From: Nanobdellati archaeon
GTDB lineage: Archaea; B1Sed10-29; JAGVWA01
Length of the DNA: 15,052 nucleotides
Direction of reading: 5' to 3'
Assembly (NCBI GenBank): GCA_018304505.1
Contig: JAGVWA010000016.1
Coordinates: 1 to 15,052 of the forward strand
Shown: in pieces, positions 8,057 to 14,812 of the stretch
How the letters are laid out: every line of letters begins with the position of its first letter
How positions within the stretch are numbered: the stretch's first letter is position 1
Notes under the pieces: model-generated
What the model was told of the DNA's origin: nothing
Databases searched by the model: none
What the model saw: the letters and a program-made list of their open reading frames with translations, nothing else
Position numbers and translations under genes: made by a program

Positions 8057-8503
8057 ATGATAAGACGAAAACGAAAAATCAACAAACTCCGGGGCACCAG
8101 GACAGTTGGAGGCGGCAACACCAAAAACAGGAGAGGCAAAGGCAGCAGAATGGGCCGAGGCAGCGTAAAATCCCGCGGTGGCGGAACAAGAAACTTCATG
8201 CACATAAGAAAATACGAGCCGGAAAGGCTGCACCAGCCCGGCTTCAACAGCCTGCGCAAGAGGCTCAAGGCAATCACCCTCACAACTATTGAAAGCTTAG
8301 CAAAGGGCGCAAAGGAGCTCGACGTGACAAAATACGGATACCAAAAGGTAATCGCTACCGGCAACCTCAGTAAGCCAATAATTATAAAAGCACTCAAGTT
8401 TTCAGAAAAAGCAATTCAAAAAATAGAAGCCGCGGGTGGAAAAGCACAGCCCATATTCGAAGACGAACAGACACCACAAATGAGCCCCAGCGGAAACCAG
8501 TGA
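8057..8503 (+). CDS. rpl15: 50S ribosomal protein uL15
   Basis: RGTRT.GGG..K.RRG.GSR.GRG, GY.KV...G, KFSEKAIQKIEAAGG; directly upstream of secY. Confidence 0.96.
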   Translation: MIRRKRKINKLRGTRTVGGGNTKNRRGKGSRMGRGSVKSRGGGTRNFMHIRKYEPERLHQPGFNSLRKRLKAITLTTIESLAKGAKELDVTKYGYQKVIATGNLSKPIIIKALKFSEKAIQKIEAAGGKAQPIFEDEQTPQMSPSGNQ

Positions 8504-8509
8504 AGCATA

Positions 8510-9880
8510 ATGGTACACGTAAGAGTCTTCAAACCCCTGCTCGGGTTTCTGCCAGAAATCGCGCCACCTGTAGAAAAACCAGCACTAAACGAGCGGCTCA
8601 AGTGGACAGGCTTCGCACTACTCATTTTCGCCATAATGAGTGTCGTGAAACCGCTTGGCATCGCGACTGGTTCCCAGGCAGCGTTCCTGCAAAACCTCCA
8701 ACTAATTACAGCGTCAAGCATCGGAACACTTGCAACACTGGGCATTGGGCCAATCGTCATGGCCTCAATCATTCTGCAACTCCTTGTCGGAGCCGGCTTC
8801 ATTCAATTTAACCAACAGAATCCAGAAGAGCGACAGATATTTCAGGGCACGCAAAAGCTCGGCGCCGTGGTTTTCGCATTTGTTGAAGCAATTATTTATA
8901 CAATGAGCGGCTTCGTACCAAGCGCGCCGGGTGCGTTCTCTGTATTCATCTTAATACTTCAACTGGCATTCGCCGCAATCGTACTAATATACCTCGACGA
9001 GCTCATTGGAAAATACGGCATCGGCTCGGGGGTCGGATTGTTCATTGCGGCAGGGGTAAGCTTCAACATCATCTGGGGAGCATTCTCGTGGATATCGCAA
9101 GAAGGCGTCTTCATAGGGCAAGTCCCATTGCTGTTCCAGAGCCTGCTTGGCGGTGACCTAGAAGGCAGCGCCCTGTTGATACTGCTGTCAACCATTGCAG
9201 TGTTCCTCGTTGTCGTGTTCGCAGAGTCGATGAAAATCGAGATCCCAATCACGTTCGGACAGCAAAGGGGCATGAGCGGAAAATATCCCCTGAAGTTCTT
9301 TTACGTTTCGAACATGCCCGTCATCTTCGCCGCCGCCTTACTTGCAAACGTGCAACTATGGGGGATATTCCTACAGTCAGCAGGCCTCCCGATCCTGGGC
9401 ACGTTTGTCCAAAACCAGCCAACAGGGGGCCTGGCGTACTACCTAAGCAACCCATTCGGCTACCTGTCAAGCCCGGAAAACATCGTAACAACATTGTCAT
9501 CAATGGACCGACTGATGAACATCGGCGTCTACGCCTTATTCATGATAATATTCTGCATCATCTTCGGAAAGTTCTGGGTCGAAATGCAGGGCCTCGGACC
9601 AAAACAGGTTGCCTCGCAAATGCAGGGCCTAGGCTGGCAAATTCCCGGATTCAGGCGCGACCCCAGGGTGATCGAAAAAGTCCTCGAGAAGTACATCCCA
9701 ATGGTTACGGTGCTCGGAAGCGCAGCAGTAGGCCTCCTGGCAGTCATTGCAGACCTTACCGGGGCCTTAGGCACGGGCACGGGCATACTGCTTACAGTCG
9801 GCATCCTATACAGGTTATATGAAGAACTCGCGTCGCAACAGGCCTTCGAGCTGATGCCCGCCTTGAGGGGGATACTGTAA
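8510..9880 (+). CDS. secY: Preprotein translocase subunit SecY/Sec61alpha
   Basis: Multiple hydrophobic segments; GTL..LGIGPIV, DELIGKYGIGSGVGLFI, YPLKFFYVSNMPVI, IPGFRRD, GTGTGILLTVGI. Confidence 0.99.
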   Translation: MVHVRVFKPLLGFLPEIAPPVEKPALNERLKWTGFALLIFAIMSVVKPLGIATGSQAAFLQNLQLITASSIGTLATLGIGPIVMASIILQLLVGAGFIQFNQQNPEERQIFQGTQKLGAVVFAFVEAIIYTMSGFVPSAPGAFSVFILILQLAFAAIVLIYLDELIGKYGIGSGVGLFIAAGVSFNIIWGAFSWISQEGVFIGQVPLLFQSLLGGDLEGSALLILLSTIAVFLVVVFAESMKIEIPITFGQQRGMSGKYPLKFFYVSNMPVIFAAALLANVQLWGIFLQSAGLPILGTFVQNQPTGGLAYYLSNPFGYLSSPENIVTTLSSMDRLMNIGVYALFMIIFCIIFGKFWVEMQGLGPKQVASQMQGLGWQIPGFRRDPRVIEKVLEKYIPMVTVLGSAAVGLLAVIADLTGALGTGTGILLTVGILYRLYEELASQQAFELMPALRGIL

Positions 9881-10449
9881 TGAGCATCATCGTCGCAGGG
9901 GCACCAGGAGCAGGAAAAACAACTGTCCTTAACGAAGCGAAGAAAATCGACAAGAAAATCAGAATTCACGGGGCCTGGGAGTACATCCTTGACGAAGCAA
10001 AAAAACAAAAAATAAAGACAAGCCACGACACAATACGCAAGCTGCCAAGGGAAACATGGATACAGCTCCAAGAAAGGGCATTCGAGGAGATAAAACACAA
10101 ATCCGAAATGCCCCTCATCGATACCCACCTCGCAATCCTGTCAGAAAACGGGTACTTCCCTGGATTGCCCGAAAACGTTTTAAAAATCATACAACCCAAA
10201 CTCATAATACTGCTCGAAGCTGACCCAAAGGACATCCTGGCTAGGCGCAAAAAGGACAAAACCAGGCAACGGAGCGACTTCGGGGGCAGTACAAAAATCC
10301 TGGAGCAACAGGACATAAACCGTGCATATGCAGCCACGTGCAGCAACAAAACCAACGCGCTCGTGAAAATAATAGTAAACCGCGAAGGGAAAGCCAAGGA
10401 AGCTGCAAAAGAGCTGATAGAAACAATTAAAAGCGTGAAAAACACATGA
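9880..10449 (+). CDS. adkA: Adenylate kinase, archaeal type
   Basis: P-loop GAPGAGKTT, D.IRKLP...Q, IDTH, GY.PGLP, RR.KD.TR.R; TAATG overlap with secY. Confidence 0.93.
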   Translation: MSIIVAGAPGAGKTTVLNEAKKIDKKIRIHGAWEYILDEAKKQKIKTSHDTIRKLPRETWIQLQERAFEEIKHKSEMPLIDTHLAILSENGYFPGLPENVLKIIQPKLIILLEADPKDILARRKKDKTRQRSDFGGSTKILEQQDINRAYAATCSNKTNALVKIIVNREGKAKEAAKELIETIKSVKNT

Positions 10450-10919
10450 CATTACTAGGACTACAACCTGGACTTGAACTCTTGGCAATCGGCGCAATCC
10501 TAACTATAGCGCTCAACATAGTCAACAAAAAACTCGTGGACCAAAAGAGACTCAAGCGCATACAAAATGACATAAAGGAATTCCAAAAAGAGCACATGCA
10601 AGCAGTAAAAGGCCAGGACGAGGCAAAGAAAAAGAAGCTCGAAGAACGGCAGCCAGAAATCAACAAGCTCATCTCAGAGTCAATGAGCATGAGCATGCGA
10701 CCGTTGATGTACACCGCCATCCCCATGCTGGCCATATTCGGATACCTTCATTCCATTTACAACAACGACGCCACCGTCATAGTGCTGCCGCTGCTAGGAG
10801 ACATCAACTGGTTTTGGTGGTACTTCTACACGTCAATGCTCACAAGCATCATACTCCTCACAGTAGAAAAATTCACAAAAAAGGGTGAAAAGAATGACAA
10901 AGGTAATGCACAGAAATAA
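10446..10919 (+). CDS. DUF106 / EMC3-TMCO1-like membrane protein (Oxa1 superfamily)
   Basis: TM1, then coiled coil (LVDQKRLKRIQ..IKEFQKE), MRPLMYT.IP TM2 and W.WWYF..S TM3; conserved position between adk and rpl34e. Confidence 0.9.
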   Translation: MTLLGLQPGLELLAIGAILTIALNIVNKKLVDQKRLKRIQNDIKEFQKEHMQAVKGQDEAKKKKLEERQPEINKLISESMSMSMRPLMYTAIPMLAIFGYLHSIYNNDATVIVLPLLGDINWFWWYFYTSMLTSIILLTVEKFTKKGEKNDKGNAQK

Positions 10920-11199
10920 ACGGCTTAGAAACATAAGCTACAGGACACCGGGAAACGACACTAGAAAACGATACGTTAGGAAAGTCACGACAATCGTAAA
11001 GTGCGGCAACTGCAAAACCGCACTGCACGGCGCAACAAGCTTAAAGAGCGCAAGCAAGACACAAAAAACGCCAACAAGGGTCTATGCAGGAGAACTCTGC
11101 CACACATGCACAGAGCAAATACTAAAAATAAAAACGCGCATAAACGAAAAGACACTGGCGATCGAAAGCGTCGAACCGAGGTACAGGAAATACATATGA
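10894..11199 (+). CDS. rpl34e: 50S ribosomal protein eL34
   Basis: RTPG, KCGNC...LHG, SKTQKTPTRVYAGELCHTC. GGGTGA site 5 nt before ATG 10894. Confidence 0.93.
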   Translation: MTKVMHRNKRLRNISYRTPGNDTRKRYVRKVTTIVKCGNCKTALHGATSLKSASKTQKTPTRVYAGELCHTCTEQILKIKTRINEKTLAIESVEPRYRKYI

Positions 11200-11735
11200 T
11201 AATAACGATGTCCGGACCCCCAGGAGCGGGCGACACAACAACAGCCAGAATCCTCGCAAAGAAGCTCAACTACTTTCTCCTTGAAATTGGAGAAGTAGGG
11301 AAACACATCGCGCAGGAACAAGGCTACAACATAGCAGAGTTCTGGGAACAAATCAAGAAACACCCTGACAAGCTCAGGGATTTCAACGAAACAATCGACA
11401 AAAAACAAACCGAGATCGTTAAGAGCGAGCGCAACGTCATAGTGAACAGCAAACTCGGCGCGTACAAACTCAACGCAGACCTCAAAATATTCATCAACGC
11501 GCCACTGCAGGTCCGAGCAGAGCGCGTAGCAGAGCGCGAAGACATACCGTTAAACGAGGCCCGGGAACGCATAACTAAAAGGGAAAAGAGCGAAAAGGAA
11601 GAATGGCTCAAACTCTATGGCATCGACATGGGCAACCTATCTGTCTATGACCTCGTGATCAATTCCGGGAAGCTCACCGCAGAGGACACCGCGGACATCA
11701 TACTTGAGTATTTACAGAAAATAAAGGCATACTAA
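11196..11735 (+). CDS. cmk: Cytidylate kinase, archaeal type
   Basis: MIITMSGPPGAG(D)TT, ID..Q, ADLKIF..APL.VRAERVA.RE, RE.SE...YGID...SVYDLVINS. Start at ATG 11196 (ATGA overlap with the rpl34e stop); the track ORF from 11001 is over-extended. Confidence 0.93.
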   Translation: MIITMSGPPGAGDTTTARILAKKLNYFLLEIGEVGKHIAQEQGYNIAEFWEQIKKHPDKLRDFNETIDKKQTEIVKSERNVIVNSKLGAYKLNADLKIFINAPLQVRAERVAEREDIPLNEARERITKREKSEKEEWLKLYGIDMGNLSVYDLVINSGKLTAEDTADIILEYLQKIKAY

Positions 11736-11754
11736 CAACAGAGGTGAAACAAAC

Positions 11755-12120
11755 ATGGCAATAATCGAACCAGGGCGAATCTGCGTCATCACAAAAGGCT
11801 CAGACGCAGGAAAAGAAGTCACAATAAAGGAAGCAATAGACGCAAACTTCGTAAAGATATCCGGGGAACACGTAAAGGAAAGGCGAATCAACATCAAACA
11901 CCTTGAGCCAACACCAAGAATAGGCAAGGCACCAGCAGGAAGGGCAGCCAAGGAAAAGAAAGAAATGGGAACACAGACTACAAAACGCGACACCAAAAAA
12001 GCAGCGCGCGCAGAGGCCAAAGCCGCCAAACCCAAGAAAGAAAAGAAAGCCCTTGTAAAAAAGACAGCGGAAGCAGCAAAAGAGAAAACAGCAAAGAAGA
12101 AAACTGAGAAGAAAAAATGA
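11755..12120 (+). CDS. rpl14e: 50S ribosomal protein eL14 with Lys/Ala-rich C-terminal tail
   Basis: IEPGRICV..KG.DAGK...I...ID.NFV.I.G..VK.RR.NIKHLEPT. GAGGTGA ribosome-binding site; follows cmk. Confidence 0.95.
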   Translation: MAIIEPGRICVITKGSDAGKEVTIKEAIDANFVKISGEHVKERRINIKHLEPTPRIGKAPAGRAAKEKKEMGTQTTKRDTKKAARAEAKAAKPKKEKKALVKKTAEAAKEKTAKKKTEKKK

Positions 12121-12947
12121 ATTCTCTCGTCATCATCGACAAGCCCGCAGGACCAGCAAGCAACCAGGTGACTCAGTGGGTCAAGGAAATATTCAACGAA
12201 AAATCAACACACTGCGGCACCCTGGATCCGCAAGTCTCTGGCGTACTCCCCGTACTCATGGGAAACAAGGCAATCAAACTACAACCCTACTTGATGACCA
12301 GTGACAAGGAATACATCGTCCTGGCGAGGTCTGAAAAACCACTTCAAGAAACGGACATTCAAGGCGCGCTGCGCGAATTCACAGGCAAAATCTACCAAAC
12401 ACCCCCTGAAATCAGCGCAGTTGCAAAGAAAACCAGAATAAGGCAGATCTACGAAACAGAACTCATTGAAACCCAGGGAAATTATTTTCTCTTCCGCGCT
12501 GTGTGCCAGCATGGAACCTACATACGCAAACTGATCGAGGACTTATCACACGTCCTCGGAACCAAAGTAACAATGGAAGAGCTCCGAAGAACACGCACTG
12601 GGGCATTTACAGAACAGCAAGCCTATACCTTAACGAAAATCAATGACCTCCACGCGCTTGGGAGGGACTCATTAGTAACGCTGACACTTGAGCAGGCGGT
12701 GCAAAAACTGCCACGCATTGACATCAACACTAAAGCTGCAGAAAACATCGCCAAGGGCGCCGATCTGTACAACATCGGCATCATGGCCAAGAAGGGCAGC
12801 ATACAAAAGGGCACGCCCGTTGCCCTATTTCACGATCAACAACTCATAGCGGTTGGCGACGCGCTCTGCGACGAAACCCAGTTCAGTAAGCAGAAAGGAG
12901 CGGTCATCAAGACGAAAAAAGTTTTACAGGAGAAGGTGAACGAATGA
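12117..12947 (+). CDS. cbf5: RNA-guided/tRNA pseudouridine synthase Cbf5 (TruB family) with PUA domain
   Basis: IIDKPAGP, catalytic H.GTLDP.VSGVL, KEY, GKIYQ.PP..SAV, GTYIRKL, M.ELRRTRTG; C-terminal PUA-like region (I..GADLY..GI ... LIAVG). Confidence 0.96.
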   Translation: MNSLVIIDKPAGPASNQVTQWVKEIFNEKSTHCGTLDPQVSGVLPVLMGNKAIKLQPYLMTSDKEYIVLARSEKPLQETDIQGALREFTGKIYQTPPEISAVAKKTRIRQIYETELIETQGNYFLFRAVCQHGTYIRKLIEDLSHVLGTKVTMEELRRTRTGAFTEQQAYTLTKINDLHALGRDSLVTLTLEQAVQKLPRIDINTKAAENIAKGADLYNIGIMAKKGSIQKGTPVALFHDQQLIAVGDALCDETQFSKQKGAVIKTKKVLQEKVNE

Positions 12948-13096
12948 GCGAAACGCAAGCAAACGAATTAGGGCAAACATCAACCATGCAAACAACCCAA
13001 TCACAGCCAGAACCAAAAGCAACGGAGACTGAAAACGTTTGTCCAACATGTGGACTAGTTTTATACAACGATGGAACCTGCCCAACCAAACACTAA
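12944..13096 (+). CDS. 50-aa putative CPxCG zinc-finger microprotein (below the ORF-track cutoff)
   Basis: MSETQANELGQTSTMQTTQSQPEPKATETENVCPTCGLVLYNDGTCPTKH*. ATGA overlap with the cbf5 stop, AGGTGA site at 12934-12939, CxxC-x9-CxxxH. Confidence 0.7.
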   Translation: MSETQANELGQTSTMQTTQSQPEPKATETENVCPTCGLVLYNDGTCPTKH

Positions 13097-13152
13097 AACA
13101 ACAGAAACACAATTAAAAAAAACGGCGCCCAAGACAAAAACGGGGTACAGAG

Positions 13153-13173
13153 CGCAAAGCATAGTTATTAATA
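13153..13173 (+). promoter_or_regulatory. Possible BRE/TATA promoter of the tRNA gene
   Basis: Purine-rich stretch followed by TTATTAATA (13165-13173) about 30-37 nt upstream of the mature tRNA 5' end. Confidence 0.4.
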
Positions 13174-13201
13174 GCCAATTCTGTAAATACTAAATTATAA
13201 T

Positions 13202-13306
13202 GCCGAGATCGCATAGCGGTATTGCGCAAGCCTGGAATTAATGCTCTAAGAAAACACAGACAGCTTGTCCCGCAAGGGATCGTGGGTTCAAATCCCACTC
13301 TCGGCG
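13202..13306 (+). tRNA. tRNA-Ser(GGA) with a 24-nt intron at position 37/38 (13238-13261); CCA not encoded
   Basis: Acceptor stem GCCGAGA/TCTCGGC, discriminator G, anticodon stem CAAGC/GCTTG with loop CT-GGA-A^A after intron removal, long variable arm TCCC-GCAA-GGGA, T arm GTGGG-TTCAAAT-CCCAC. Confidence 0.95.
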
Positions 13307-13332
13307 TCAAAAGGCTGCGCCCTCTTGACACC

Positions 13333-13358
13333 TGAAAAAAACCTAGTTGGTTTTTTCA
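13333..13358. terminator. Inverted repeat with A/T tracts, probable tRNA terminator (possibly bidirectional)
   Basis: TGAAAAAAACC-TAGTT-GGTTTTTTCA starting 27 nt after the tRNA; T6 tract on + and T7 on -. Confidence 0.55.
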
Positions 13359-13366
13359 AGCACTAC

Positions 13367-13375
13367 ATTAATATA
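13367..13375 (+). promoter_or_regulatory. Possible TATA box giving a leaderless mRNA for the 13396 gene
   Basis: ATTAATATA 21-29 nt upstream of ATG 13396; no GGTGA-type site before that ATG. Confidence 0.4.
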
Positions 13376-13395
13376 CACACGACAAACTGAGAAAA

Positions 13396-14442
13396 ATGAT
13401 TATCAACGGAATGCCGGCAAGCCACGGCGTATTTACTGGCAAAGCGTACATTGCAACATACGAACACGAAGACATTGACAGCATTAGTGCCAACACTGTG
13501 CTTGTAGGAAAAAGTTTTTGGGTTGAAGACGACCTGCTGCTCTACAAGGCAAAGGCAGTAGTAACAGAAATTGGGGGACTGCTGTGTCATGCTGCAATAA
13601 TTTGCAGAGAACTCGGAAAACCATGCGTCGTTGGTGTTGATGACCTCTTGTCGCTTGTGAAAAATAATGACACAATAACAGTAGACGGAACAAACGGCAA
13701 CATAATACTTGAAAAAGAAGTAGGACGCCAGAGTTACGAAAATCCAGGCTACATCAATTTTATTGACAACATGAAAAAAGAACAATTCAAAGGCATAACG
13801 ATATTCACGGAAGAGTTCAACGGTAAACTGTACTTGTACTTTCCAAAAACAACAAAAGAAATCAAAGAAGCAGCAATAAAACACCTTGAGAAACAAAACC
13901 CTGGAATGAATATTCTTGAAGCAAAACCAAAACCCCCTGCGATAGTAATAGAAAAATACTCATACTTCAAAATCCACCTGGAAAACTTAGAAGACAAAGA
14001 ATATGCAAAGAATTATGATAAATCGTTGCAGCTAGCGCACGACTTGAACATAAAGGAAGCAAGAGAGTTCATACAACATGTGTACAAAAAGGCATACTCT
14101 CATTTACAAAAATGTCTGGAGTGCTACGAAAAATCGGACATGAAAAACACACGCAAGCACGTAAATCTCTATACCGGGTACTTTGAACAAATTTCTAAGG
14201 TCAGCATGGCCAAGAAAACATTTCAAGAACTAGAAAAGGGATTCATGAATCAGCAAGAGCTAGGGGCATTCCTCGTAAAAGCAGATGGGGAAGAAAAAAC
14301 CCCAAATAGAGAAAAAGAATTTGAGGTTTATGCATTTGTCAAGGAAGCCCTGAACAAGAAAAAAGAAGACATTAAGTTCGGAAAGAAGACCCTTGCAGAG
14401 ATGTTCGACAAAGCGTGCGAAAACGGGGTAAGGTTTGGTTAA
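13396..14442 (+). CDS. Protein with N-terminal PEP-utilising enzyme mobile (phosphohistidine swivel) domain and unrecognised C-terminal region
   Basis: G.PAS.G...GKA, AVVTEIGGLLCHAAIICRELGKPCVVG and ITVDGTNG in residues about 1-105 (His65). The remaining ~240 aa are K/E-rich with no motif I recognise. Confidence 0.88.
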   Translation: MIINGMPASHGVFTGKAYIATYEHEDIDSISANTVLVGKSFWVEDDLLLYKAKAVVTEIGGLLCHAAIICRELGKPCVVGVDDLLSLVKNNDTITVDGTNGNIILEKEVGRQSYENPGYINFIDNMKKEQFKGITIFTEEFNGKLYLYFPKTTKEIKEAAIKHLEKQNPGMNILEAKPKPPAIVIEKYSYFKIHLENLEDKEYAKNYDKSLQLAHDLNIKEAREFIQHVYKKAYSHLQKCLECYEKSDMKNTRKHVNLYTGYFEQISKVSMAKKTFQELEKGFMNQQELGAFLVKADGEEKTPNREKEFEVYAFVKEALNKKKEDIKFGKKTLAEMFDKACENGVRFG

Positions 14443-14519
14443 AGGCCAAAAAAACGATTTGCTGCATCGCTTACACAATGCAACTGTTTTTGGTTTTGAT
14501 AAACAAGTTTTCGAATAGT

Positions 14520-14542
14520 TTTGAAAAACGGAGTTTTTCAAA
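14520..14542. terminator. Perfect 10-bp inverted repeat between convergent genes
   Basis: TTTGAAAAAC-GGA-GTTTTTCAAA. Confidence 0.5.
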
Positions 14543-14612
14543 TTTGACAATTACTGGTTTCTTGTTAACAATCATTAATTAAACTTTAAGTATTATTAAC
14601 CCCTGTGCCATA

Positions 14613-14812
14613 TCATGCGTGGTGCCTTTCGATTTTGTCGAGCATTTCGTCATGCTTATCTAATATAAAGTTTATAAATGACTCTATGTTTTTTTCCCTG
14701 CCCTCCTCCAAGGACTCGAAGTATTTGTTTTTTCGTTTGGGTCAAACACAAGCAAGGGATAACTGTTTTCCAACAGTATTTTCGAATGAAGCAACCTGGC
14801 TGTTCTTCCATT
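14613..14812 (-). pseudogene. 3' remnant of a Fic/Doc-family gene, 5'-truncated and frameshifted
   Basis: Minus strand reads NGRTARLLHSKILLENSYPLLVFDPNEK. After a one-base shift in the A6 run (14728-14733) it continues NKYFESLEEGREKNIESFINFILDKHDEMLDKIERHHA*. This matches the tail of the Fic motif HPFxDGNGRxxR and the helices after it. In-frame TAG just upstream; no HPFxDG. Confidence 0.75.

Noticed and set aside
8500-9822. Alternative-frame + strand ORFs within secY (8500-8811, 9358-9822)
   Set aside because: No recognisable motifs; explained by codon bias. The GTGA at 8500 is better read as the secY ribosome-binding core.
11001-11195. Apparent N-terminal extension of Cmk
   Set aside because: Lies inside rpl34e; homology starts at ATG 11196.
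12944-13096. Calling the micro-ORF nop10
   Set aside because: The zinc motif is C-terminal and the Nop10 PPRFSP/helix segment is absent.
14260-14550. 96-aa minus-strand ORF with a CKRC motif
   Set aside because: Overlaps the 3' end of the 13396 gene and the hairpin region, with no supporting start signals.
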